A DNA stretch of 63,925 nt, counting the filler, from Choristocarpus tenellus KU-1152 (taxonomy: Eukaryota > Protista > Phaeophyceae), in assembly GCA_964200185.2 (NCBI GenBank). It is 10 parts of 10 records of this genome, joined end to end, with 100 filler letters (N's around TTAATTAATTAA, not from the genome) between each part and the next. Parts side by side here need not be neighbours in the genome. Positions count along the whole stretch, not along the records: positions 39,508 to 55,712 come from CAXNAD020000861.1; 9 more parts are not named here. The stretch is one strand, 5' to 3'. Both the position numbers and the translations under genes were made by a program. The notes beneath the pieces were generated by a model. The model ran no database searches, was not told the DNA's origin, and was given only the letters and a program-made list of their open reading frames with translations. Positions 39,508 through 52,000 of the stretch are shown in pieces; positions within the stretch are counted from its first letter, which is position 1, and each line of letters starts with the position of its first letter.

Positions 39508-42500
39508 CTACTGGAAGGCAACATGAACAGAGTTTGTATGACAAGTCAAACGGGATAAGACAAGTGGACAACAATAACGAAAACAATGTTGGTGATGATA
39601 AATCGACAGTTCCACCCTCCACACGTGATCATCTGCATGCTGGGAAGTATGGTGAACACTTTCCTCTTGAGAAGAACTCTTCTATCCTCAGATTTGATAT
39701 AGGAAACGTTGGGGAGGCATTCTCTGTGGGAGATGAGGTTGGTCTTGCACACAAATGTTGCTAATCCTCAAGAATAAGTATATCTTCCGACTGAACATTA
39801 CATTTTTCTGACAACTACAAAATGTATTCGTGCTCAATTCCTTTCAGACTGCTTCCAAAATACTGTGATTTCTTTAAGGTGTAGTATGTTGTAATTATAC
39901 ACCTCTGTCTGTCATTGGTTGTAGATCCTATTGCACACTTATCTGGACTTACCTAGCGTTGCTTGGTGAAAGGTGATCTTCAAAGTGGGCCAAGGAAGAA
40001 TGAGGGGGCTCATCAAGAAGGCAGACTACCAGCACTCGAAATACACGATTGAAACAGAAGATGGAACGAGCAGGTATGGAGAACCCAAGATGCCCATTTG
40101 TATTTTGAATTCTCTGTGTGTGCATGCATATGTGCGCACACGCATGGGATGCAGAAAAAGAGACTGACAGAGCATTTGCCTGAGGCAAGGACAAACAGCA
40201 TACACGTACATACTATGAAGTGCATTGACAACATTCTTGACCAGCAGTGTAACCCTTCAATTTGAAAAAAATGAGAAAAAAGCACAAATGTAGAAGTATG
40301 AAAGAAAAAAATATTAAAGTGCACTTTGAGTTCACTTGAAGTGAAGAATACAGGTAGAAAATTGCTTTGTCAAAGGCAGCGGTATGTTCAACATACTGAC
40401 CCAAAGTATCTGAGGGGGGGGAGGGTCTATACCAGGGTATCCATTCGGACCAAAATCAGTAAAAGTGCTTTTACATTATCCATCGGACGTATGCAACCGA
40501 ATCATCCAAAAATCGTGACATGAAAAAATTCACCCCAAGTGGACAGCCGCCATCCCCCCCCAGATACTTTGAGTCACTTGCAGGTTCTGTATGAGCACGA
40601 TTTTGAGAGTGATGGGGGAGTTTCCAGGGTGAATGCATCCTACCATCTCAACTTAATGCAGGGATAAATATATTGATGGGAATATACTTATCAGTATGTT
40701 GTGTTTTGTATTATGATTCCTGACTGTCAATGTTTGGCATATTCCCAGAAGAAATGTCTCAAAACGGTAACAATGTGTCTTTACTGTGATCCGGTTGTTT
40801 CCAATTTGTTATACCCTGTGAATAAGTCTTTGGTCTCTTCTATTGTGGGTCCACGGTTAACTCTATGTCATACTTGATACATGGGTGAATGATGCCAAAA
40901 TCACTTCATATAGTTGTAACTGTTGCATAGAAGAGAACCTGTGGATTAGTTGTAATTACCTCTATCCCCCTTAGACTAGTATTCTAGTTGGGTTAGAATT
41001 TTTTTCTGTGCAAGGGCTTTCATCACTCATTGCTACACATAAGTGCAAGGTTAACACTAGCCACGCCTAACCACCAAGGCAGTCAGTCAGTCAGTCTCAG
41101 CAAACGAGTTTGTGGTATCACTATTTTTCGTGCATGCATGTGTGTGTACATGATGGGCATGCATGCAATATTGGAAAAAGACTCCACTTTTCTATGCCAA
41201 AGTTATTGATCGAAATGTTGGGAGCAATGGCATATTATGAGGCTACTCTTTGCTTAGCAATGAAAAAAGGCTGAGAGGGTAGTTGAAGTTGCATGACAAA
41301 GGGATCCAAATTAATGAGCATGTCATACACACCAATCTATTGGTTAATAAAATGACTTGCTGTGACATATTCCCTCTCCCCAGCATTTTTCTCTGTTATA
41401 TTATGTTGGCATGATTCTGGAAGTAAATAATCACTGCTTCAACAATACCTCAACGACTTCAGAGAGAATATCCCATCAAACTCTATTGTGAAGAGAGTTG
41501 GCACTATAGAAGCATCCAAGGTGGGAAGTGGAGACAATGGCATACTTGCGAGGAGAAAAAAAGAAGAAACATGCAAAGTTGTAACCACTGGGCTTCAGTC
41601 AATAGATGGTATAAAGTCTCAACAGTCTGAAGATCAATTTGGTGAGAAAACTAATAAAATTGGCAAGCAGAAGAGCTCCAGAATCTTCCCCCTACCAAGA
41701 GAAAATACGAGTCTATCAGGGACCACCCCACTGACCACAAGGAGGAAAACACACGCCGGAATAATTGAACAAGGATTTGACACTGAACACCACCAGCAGG
41801 TTACAGTGCTTCATCTGAGCCCCAAAGCATTCATGGACCCCGACACTACAGCTGAAGTGAGAACTTGCTCAAACACAACTTCTTGCCTGTACTAGTATGT
41901 GTTGTGTAGTAATGGTGGATATGATAGTTGTCCCAAACGTTACCTTGTTGATGGTCTCACTAGTGGGATATATTCAATCCATGCATGTGTGTGTGTGTAG
42001 AGCTCTGTGCCTGTATGATCACTCAATAACACATCAATAGGAGCACTGTATCCAACTCTCAAAGCACACACATGTCAACACATTGCACCCACTAATATAC
42101 ATCTGGATAAAACCACTTAACAGGGTCACTATTTATCACTGTTCAGTTCTGTACTGTGCTTGCTACCATGTAGTGTGGAAAATTGTTATGATGACATTAT
42201 GAGGGTGGAAAGACGACTCAACAACATGGGTCTCATTGATTTCATATGCTATTTGTGCTTATACTGGTGTCAATGCTGTTGTCCTTACCATCTGTTTCTG
42301 TGTGCTACCTAGGCATGATCCCATGTTGTTTCGTACCTTCTTGAACCCATTCAGCAACCACACACCAAGTCATTACCTTCAATTTACTAATGCAGTGTCT
42401 TCCCCAAAAACCCAATCAGGGAACCCTCACACCTAACAATGCTGGCTTGTTTGAGCCTCGAGAAAACAAAACTCATAGTGGCCCAAGGAAACCAAAACAG

Positions 42501-42755
42501 CATTTTCCTAAACAGGAAGGTAATGGGTATAAACCATTACGGCGCATGACTTTTGGTGGATTAAGATCAGACAAGCGTGGAGAAGTATATTCCTCACAAA
42601 GACGACCCAGTTTCCTTCAAAATATAGGCAATATAGCTGGAATCGCGATCATGAATGCTCGGAAAATGAGTGTGAAGCGTTCTGGAAGCAACCAAGATGT
42701 TGAGCTCAATTCAATGCAGGTCAGTGTGGTTGAAGGGGAGCACAGTGGCGGATGA
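39508..42755 (+). CDS. Hypothetical protein, 3' part, with a short SH3/Tudor-like segment
   Basis: Phase-compatible exons <39508-39737, 39973-40073, 41463-~41856 and 42420-42755 giving ...FSVGDEVIFKVGQGRMRGLIKKADYQHSKYTIETEDGTSRENIPSNSIVK.... Confidence 0.55.
40398..40575 (-). mobile_element. MITE family A, full copy (intronic)
   Basis: GACCCAAAGTATCT ... AGATACTTTGAGTC; 3-bp TSD ACT/ACT. Confidence 0.9.
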
Positions 42756-44920
42756 TATGGAGATTGTCGAATGTTTTTGCTGGGTTTGCTGAGAGCTGCA
42801 CAATGAGGTTTTCCCTGTACATAACTCGTGTGAGTGGCATGAATAAAAAATAGACCCTTTGAGGAAGCAACATATCTCCCGCTTTAAAATATTTGCGCAG
42901 CATTTAGTGTATTTTGTATATTTTCCACTTTTTTCGTGCATTTATTACCATCCCTATTTTGAAAATACTACCTAATAATAATATTGCATCAAAAACATCG
43001 TCGACATTTGTATGCTATTTTCAATGTGAATATTTAGATTTTTTTGTAAGTGAAATTGTCCTTGTATTTTAGGTAATTAATGTTGCTGTTATTACCACTA
43101 TTATTGTTCATATTATTGCAATTTCTATTGATATTCAATTTACTTACAATATGTCAACGATAGTTCCGTTATCTAATCTATATGGACTCATGGTCAGAAA
43201 CGTATCACAAGGAAAAGTCAAAATGAGATACATACGTCGTGAGTGTGGAAGAGTGAAGGTCCTCTAAACAGTTACAGTTTCAGTGCTTGTTTGGCGTCTG
43301 TCCACGAAGGTTTGTCAAACCTTGTATAGTGGTATATATATATCTGTAAGATGACGCCTTGGCATGAAAGAATACTTGTCTAGTCTTGTGTTTGGCACAG
43401 TACGAAAATGTTGCAAAGGGAATTGGAAAGGTAGATTTTTGTTTTTCATCAACATTAACATACTCAAGAACAACATTTCAGTGCAGCTACGGTGGGTGTA
43501 GTCTTCATTTGACGTCAGGGTATGCTCCAGTTTATGGTCAAAGTTCTGTTGTTGGCAGTACAGTTACAGCTGTCTAATAATTTTGACTTGATGGTACAGT
43601 CAAACTTCGGACTTTGACAGTACGGTGTACCTATTTCCCCCATGGTCAACACTGTTGACAGACCTTCCACAATTGTATGCAGCAATGACGGGGACTCTCA
43701 ACCATTCTCTTGTGTACAGGAAAGCCAACCAGCCAGTAAATTAGAACAGTATAGCCTGCTAGGCCGCCAGCTAATCTGAAAACCCTGGAATCCCATAGGT
43801 TAAGAGGTCAGGGACCATTGAAGCGGAATAATCTACACATTTAAGCCTGCACGATACACAACAAATTCCACATGTACCACAAACTGCTTTATCGTCAGTC
43901 ATACTGAACCGCCAACTAAACGGAAATCCTATTTGGAATGCTAGAGCAAACCCCACAATCTACGGAATATGATAATCTTGCCAACATTGGAGTGGATTAA
44001 ATTGTTCACTGCTGTATGATTGATGAATCGGACAGACTAAGGAGATGCTTTCCACGGTTAGGGTGAAGATTAGGCACCTCTGTGGTCTGCCCAATCCATC
44101 CATAATGCTGTGGGAAACACTCTAATCTGCTCCGACATGGAAAATGTTATTGTCTCCACACAATCTATGCCCATTATGTTTGCCTCTCTCTCATTTTATA
44201 ATTGCATACTAAGTATTGTATATTTGGCATGTAGATGTGTGTATCATCCAGATTTCAATATGTTAGTATTGTGAATCAAAAGAAGCTATGGATTGAAATT
44301 AAATCAGCTCGAAAAAAATTTGATGTATTCCGTCATATTCAAACCGTGCACAAAGCGAACAGGGGGAGTCAAAACACCCCCTGACTGGTGAGGGGGCCCT
44401 GTGAAAGTAACGATGGTGATCACCAAACTCACCGAAAGGTTGGCTGTATATGTTACTATGCCACTCCTCAGAACGAAGTGAGCTGCTCTTGTTCATGAAA
44501 GCAACCTTTAACTGGACTTCCTTGTCATCAAGTATTCTTCCTCTTGGCTGTTGATTTTAAGTCACTGTTTGTATTGTACTGACAGCTGACTACTTGCCTC
44601 TCGACCAGTCGTAATATTTAACTAATAACTGGTTCTTTGACCTTGTCTACTTGCTCCTATGTATTGTTTGTACCACACCAAATATACAATGCCAATATAT
44701 TGTTCTTTATCACACAGAGTGTAAATAGCACAAAATAAAACCACTATTTCACATACTCCCCTGCTCTTGACACACAGTGTGAAAACCACTTCAGTTTTCA
44801 CTATCACTGGTCATGAGATTGCACCATCACACACAGCACTAATCAAAAAGTGCTGTTTGACAGTCTTACTGGATGTGAACATTTATAGAGGTACTCTTCA
44901 TTTGTGTGGTCTTTCACTGT

Positions 44921-44964
44921 AGGGTCAGGGTCAGGGTCAGGGTCAGGGTTAGGGTTAGGGTTAG
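44921..44964. repeat. Interstitial telomere-like (AGGGTC/AGGGTT)n
   Basis: Four AGGGTC units grading into three AGGGTT units; shorter arrays at ~22709, ~63006 and 63858-63880. Confidence 0.85.
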
Positions 44965-45159
44965 ACTTTGTTATGTTTGAGAGAACTTTATGTGTATGTG
45001 CTAAAGAAGAAAAAGGAAGAGTTCAAGATTTGTTGAGGCATCATGGAATGAGATATTCTATACTTCAACATATTCAATGTTGTTTTATCTCTTGCTTGTT
45101 AGTCCATGAAGGCATGGATACTTGTGGCTAGATATTGCTGCTACAGTCTTCAAGTAGTA

Positions 45160-47200
45160 TCATTTCTGTTGCCTTGCTTCACAGTCTACCATGCGTTCAC
45201 CTTCTTCATCCAAGGTGTTGCAAAGGAAGACAAGGAGCTGCATATTATCTGGGTTCAGCACATCTCGATTTGAGGTCGCAACATTCCCAGGTGTTGAGAA
45301 TGCTCTGAGTCTGCTTGTGTAGAATAATGGCCAAACTCCCACAGGAAAGCTATGCCAGGCGAGGAAATTTTGAGCTCCTTTCAAGTAACCATTTGATTGG
45401 GTTGTTGTAAATTCAACTTTGTAAGACCATCTATTGGAAGCCCTCCTGCAACCTTGAAGGCACCAACCTCTATACTTGCTGCTTCCTCCATGTGCTCCCT
45501 AACTATTTGTTCCATCCACTATCTCACCACCACAAGCTGAGGTTCCCCCAACCATTGGAAGGAAAGCTCTCACGAACCCCTTGTGTCCTTTTTGGAAGGG
45601 TTACACCTGCTCATGATTGTCAGTATGTGGATGTGGGCTTGGTTTCACCACAGAACCATTATTATTCTCTGCCCCTTGTTCTCTGTTCTCCTCCTCAACA
45701 ATGCCTAGAACCTCTAACTCTCCCTGTCCCAAACGTCTTCATGATCATCCTTCTCTGAAATTTTGTAAAGGATTTTGTTCTGGGGTCCAGACAAGTAGTC
45801 AGGACCTCCTTCTACTTTATTCCGCTGGACTTCCTGTTCTTTATCTTACAGTACTGGGCAATATCCCTCCCTGTACCATAGCGATTCATGAGATCAGATA
45901 TCATCATGCTTGCAGACTGCCACACAGCATTTTGCGCTTCCACCAGCTCAGGGTCGGTGTCTTTGAAGGCGATGCAGATTTGCACTGCTTTCTCGAACTC
46001 CACCTCTACACCATAGAATAATGGGATAGGAGCACCTTCACACATGTTTATTTCACTCTCAAGAGTGTTGTTTGCTTCCAATATGGGCTCAAGCAACCTT
46101 TTTTCTAGAGTGATCACATGAGTATAGCAAAAGAACAAGATACAAAATAGACGAAGTGTGAGATGGGAAGTTAGGTTAAGGATTACAGATAGAAGTGTAA
46201 TACAGCAATACAAGTAAGACCTAAAATTTACCTAACATAGTGTGTGTGTGATAGATGAAAATATAGAACATTGAAAGACACAGTATATTTGACCCAAAAT
46301 ATCTCGGGGGGGGGGTGAGGTTCTACACCAGGGTATCCATTTGGGGCATACCAGGAAAAGTGCACATATATTATCCATACGACAAAAACAACCAAATCAC
46401 ACAAAAATAGCGACATAAAAAAATTGGGTCTAAATGGAAAGTCATCACCAACCCCCCCAGATCTCTGAGCCTTCGTAAGAGGTATGACAGGTGAAAGGTA
46501 ACTTCTTCTACACTTCATTCCTCCTCCAAGATCTTCCGATTTCTGTAATACTCTGGATTATATTCCTATGCCAATTGCTCACCTCCTACTCAATTTCGAC
46601 GTGCTTTCTGTGGTTAACCACCAATCCATGTTCTCATGGGGAAGGACAGCAGACTTGAGGTACGGGAAGTGGTTCACCATGGAAAAAGTGGACCACCAAC
46701 AGTTCGGTACACATCCTGCAACACTTTCTTTTGTTCAATCCTTGACATCCTGAACATCTCCTCTCAACGCTCCTAGCGTTGACTGGAGCTTGAATGGGCA
46801 CCAACAGCTGCCCAAACTGATCTCGTGGTATCTTTTACCCATCCCTCGTTGAATTCTATACCTGGCACACACTGAAACGGTGATCTATGAAGAAATAGTG
46901 GTTAGTGATACAGGGATCTCCATTTTTACCATTGATGACTCAAAGTCTGTCTTCAAGGCAGGTTCTGGTTCTTCATCTGGCCCCCTAGCTTCCTTGCCAT
47001 CATCCTCTACAATTGGAAGGGCATATCGTATAGATGGGTTGATGTAATACTTGTGTAGTAACCCACTCGTGTCATATATGCACTCCTAGAGGTTTTTATG
47101 GTGCCTGTGTGATTGTTTGTGTGCCTGCACTTGTCCCTCTCTCTTCCAAGGAGTATCAACCAAATTATCAGTCCTAAGATTTGCGGTTTCCATTGAACTG
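45160..47200 (-). pseudogene. hAT transposase remnant
   Basis: In minus-strand order: KKVLQDV..CWWSTFSMVNHFPYLKSAV (DVxTRWNST-like), LLEPILEANNTLESE, TCLDPRTK and RAFSTPGNVATSNRDVLNPDNMQLLVFL (hATC dimerisation domain); many stops and frameshifts. Confidence 0.85.
46291..46471 (-). mobile_element. MITE family A, full copy inside the hAT remnant
   Basis: Reverse homolog of 12251-12428; flanks TTT/TTC. Confidence 0.85.
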
Positions 47201-49017
47201 CAATTTAATCTAACAGACGATTCAGTACCTATGATTCACAACACCACAATGTGTGTAGTGATTTATTGATACTAAAAACTCGTACTATTAGTAGTACAAT
47301 AATTGTACAATAGTACCAAGGCGAGGAGTTGAAGATTGATGATTATAATGTAGATTCACCACGACTATGCTGCAATCAATAATAAAGTTCCTGATTATAC
47401 ATTTTGTATTGTACCTGTTAGTGTACCACTAGACGGTACATTTATGGTAGTTGTACTCTAGCTGAGAATGGTTTTGTCATGGTCAGTGCTCCTTAAGAAA
47501 TTTGCAGTATGGTCATTGTAATTGAGTACTCTCTAGGTGGTAGGGTATGGTAGGGTGAACAGTACCCATGGTCACCAGGGTACAGCTATTGAATTATGAT
47601 AGTTGTGCGTGGTTTCTCAACATCTCTACGATCCGTAAGGTTTGTTGATAGATTTTCTTTAGTAGTTGTGAGACCAACCATTGACATTTTTATCAACCAT
47701 AACTGCACTGTGTAATAGCCGTGGTTGTTACCACAACTGTAACAACCATGCAGGGCCCTGGAGAAATACGGATGTACGAAAGAATTTTGCATTGGCTGCA
47801 CTTCCTACTGACTCCATGAGACCTATTGTATGGGCTGAATCCTATTGGTGCATGTATATATGTCCTTGCTTTATGTGCACACAATAGCATCCAAAAAAAT
47901 TTCCCCCTTTCCACACACAACGTGACACCACAATTTAGCAAAGGCTCTTTCTGCAATTGAACAAAATGATATATTTTTGCCCTTTGTCAGGATCCTTAAT
48001 ATGCAACCGTGCCTACCGCTTAGTTGGTTCGACTGTTAGGTGAACTTCTCCATTGCTGCTATCGTTATGACATCATATTGTCACAAGACTATATTGCCAT
48101 GACACCCGATATTGGTAAAACTTGTTCCTTTGTGTCCACGCACAAATGCACTTTATTTTAGGAGAGAGAGAAGAGCACCTCTTCTCAAACTGAGGACTTG
48201 GAGTACTGTGAGCTCGAGACACACTTCCATAACAGGTGTGGGAAGTGTCTTTTATTGCATCAAGAAGACTATCTCTCACCTCATACCTTCAGGGTACAAA
48301 GTTGAGGAACAGAGTAAGTTATTCTTTGTACCCCTTCCACCCTCCCAGAACAAGATGCAGGAAGTCCTTGCATCTTTGACATGAAGTAAATCCCCGGTAA
48401 TTATCGGTACATTTGAAGTGCGTAGTACAGGAACTGCAAAACGTTCAAGCTGTTAATGTAAGGTACAGGAACTGCACGCCCCTTGAAAACATAGAGCACA
48501 GGAAGCATCAACGCTTCCAGAATTCAATTACACGAAGGTATTTGTGGATGATCTCAGAACTAATCTAAGAGCTGGGCAATATAAACTTCAAGCAAGGAAG
48601 GACTATTTGAGTTGCATGATAACAGCAATGCTTGGCTGCGGCAGCACAAGTGATGATATAAGCATTTGTAATACACTTCAGACAGGAGGCCCTAGCATGT
48701 AGACTAGCCAGGGTCTGGTGGATTATTGATATTCTTCCCTAGCACTCAGGAACCAACCACGTTCATAGAAGTGTAAACAATTTCTTGTGCCATAACGAAT
48801 ACTTCCAAGCATTGAAAGCTAGTAGTATGGAGTGTGATTTCGCAGACAGATTTAATTGTCTTTATCTCTGCCTCTGACCAACTCCGGCAATAGGTCAGGG
48901 GAAAATTGAGAAATGGTATATAGGAGTAACAATGCAAACGCCAAATGAAAAGTGTCATAGAAGACTACTATTAAAACTCATATTACAATAAATATACAAT
49001 TTCGCTGGAGTGCACAG

Positions 49018-52000
49018 GCACCAAAGAATATGGGATCCGCAGTGGAAGGAGCAGTCTGCATCGACTTGGTGGATACGCGGGGCTGGTGTTCTCAATGTTG
49101 TCTTCATGGGTGTATACCTTCATTGGCGATTCACAAGGTCAATGATAGGTATCGGGCACCCATACTGGGGGTATACCTTTCTTGCTGCTGAATGCATCAT
49201 GGCTATTGGACTCATCGTAGGACACTATTCAAGATCTTTTCCTGTCATCAGGGAGAAAGTGAGTCAATGAAAGGTCGTGTCATTGCTGTGAGTTTTCGTT
49301 TTCCTTTGGGGAGGGATTTGAAATCCCTACCTCCTAGGAATGTTCTTCGGATATGCTCTTATGAGTCCTATCTCCTAGGAATGTCTTGCTCCGGGTGGCA
49401 AGGATTCATTTTCAGGGTTAGGGTTTGGCTCCAGCTATGGGTTGGGATAGAGCTTAGGGTTGCCCCTAAGTTGGTCACAAAGGAGAGGACACATAGTATG
49501 GGGACCCTGCGCAGTGTAATAAATCATTCCATTGGCATGCAATGTTGAGGAATAATATCACATATAGTCCAGAGCAGTAAGGTCACTGGTGTTCTTCGAC
49601 ACAAGAATTGTGTTGATCTGGAAACACATCTTCCCAAGTTGAGGCTCACACAGTGCCAGGAAAAGACAACCTAGTAGGACTGGCAATAAAACGAACCAGT
49701 TTCTCCCTCCTGAATGGGTCGAGCTTCAAGACTACAATGGCGAAAATACACGGAGCAACTACAAAAGAATATCTTCCTTCTACTAATGTGTTTAAACATC
49801 CATGAGACTTGCAGTAAAGGGTCTTCCACATGACAGATTTCGACCAGAAAGATATGTGAAAGTGGTAATGAAGGGAATACATATATTGATCCAGGAATGC
49901 CTATGCTGTAGGGATCCCCAGAAATTTCTTGCAATGCAAATACATGTAAACCTCAAGACATACGTGCACCATACTATCAAAACCTGTGAACATTAGAACA
50001 TTGCACACAGGCTGTGGCAACCTGATTGGGCTGCAAATAGATATTTCTGCCAAATTCTTGAGAATTCTTGATCAATCGAAGTGCTGAGTAACAATGCAGC
50101 GATATCTTCATGTCACCTTGTGACCTGGGTTAGTCTGCATTCTCCCACATGACTTAGAATACACCTTCCCACGCAAATTAGTCTCACCTTCCAACTTAGA
50201 TTGTCCTTACGATTCAAACAAGATCAGTCCTAGGTCTTAAGAACCCTCACTTTTCAGGTGTACATGGATGATATGGTGGAAGCTGATGACACTATAGGTA
50301 AGGTGAAAGTGGCCATCTTAATTCCCACTTGTGGTGAGAAGATGAGCACCCTTCTGAAGGCTCTTTTCGGCAACCTTCAGCTCAGGTGGGAATCAAGCTG
50401 GCTACTGAATACAAATGTTTTTTAGAAATGCATTTCAGGCCCCACCTCCCTGAAAAATAGCACCTCGGCCTGATCTCCATATATCATTATCACCCAAAAT
50501 TGCATCTTGTTTGCCACTTTCAATCCTCCTGTCTTCCTCACATCTTCCTGAAGAAATTTCATATTGTTTCAACTCTTTTTCATTTACCTAGAGCACACAA
50601 GGTTATGCATGGACGACATCTACCAGTTACTCCCAAGCTGAGCAAGCTTGTGTAGTTTCATATTGGTTTGATTTTGATGCGGGTTTGAAAGTATTCAGAA
50701 ATGAAATATAACCCTTTAGAGAGCTCACATCATGATGATGGTGGTTCTCGCTTGCCTTTCAATGCCGAACGTTCTTGTCCGAGCATATTAGTGCTCTGAA
50801 ATATAGATAGTATATGGCATATACAGGAGGAGAGCAAATCATATCTGTTGCAACTTATCCTCGCCATTCCATGGCCTTTCTTGACTTCAGACTATGGAAG
50901 AGCTCCAACTCTCGTCGAGATACACTGCGGGTGGTGGTTCTGGATGAAAAGCGGAGAGAAGAGGTGCAAAGGCTGGTATCGCTCGTCTACACCTTAGCTG
51001 AGGTAGAGATACAGAGATGTAGCTCCTTGTTCGAGTGAATTTAATGATGCCCACTTTCTTCTGAGTCGTCTGAAGAATCTCAAGGTATGGTAGTACAAAC
51101 AGCAAATTAATACATTTGAATAAACTAAAAATGAGGATTAAGCTTTCTGCTGGGAGGAATGCTGCTTTGAGACCATGTCCCCTGACCCTGTCTTTGTGTA
51201 TCTTTGCACAATTTTTTTTTCGTGGGATAACCCGCCCCCAATTCCTAACTTGTAAATCCCCCCACCCTGGCCCCGACCCTATGAAGTTATACACAGCTGT
51301 ACACCATGAACATTTTCAACCATGTCATATTCATTGCCTCAGGTTGTGCTAAACAGAGATGTCCGAGATATTCTCATGCACGAGGGTGTTGCACCCATCT
51401 CTGCCAAAGGTTTCTATGATTTCTACTCCAATGGGGAGAATGGAGGAAGGATATACGACGACATTGACTTTATCCGGGGAATTGAGATAGTCGAAGAAAT
51501 AGACAAGCTTATCGAAGACCATGATGACAGCATCAACAGGTTAATGAAGATTGTGATTTGTTCAATGAAATCACTCGACTAGTTCTTAGGACAGCCCAAA
51601 CACAGGATGCTGTATGATACAATACTCGATCTCTCTCCCAACAATAATCTTCCTGTTGCTTGCATTTAGTGACCTATTCTTCAACATTGTCTTCTCTAGC
51701 CCTGAGCTATTTGAGAAGAAAAATCACATCACCCCATGAAAATCCTGTCTTTCACGTCCATCCAATCGTGTGCTTTGCCCTACAGTCCCCTTCACCCATT
51801 CAATCTCAACAATACTTCCTAGGAAGTTTTGTCCAAAAGGTAATGTATTTGCATGAAGCCCTTTGTCTAATGCAGTGGTGTCATGCTCAAAAATAATAGA
51901 TTCTCTCCAAGTTTGGCAATCTCTAAGATGAAGGAAAGGGCGAGAAGAGCAAGCTGCTTTGCCACCAATGACATCCAGCCTGGGCAGCGGAAGGTCAGAT

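Noticed and set aside
44921-44964. TTAGGG arrays as true telomeres
   Set aside because: Short, degenerate and internal to contigs or introns.
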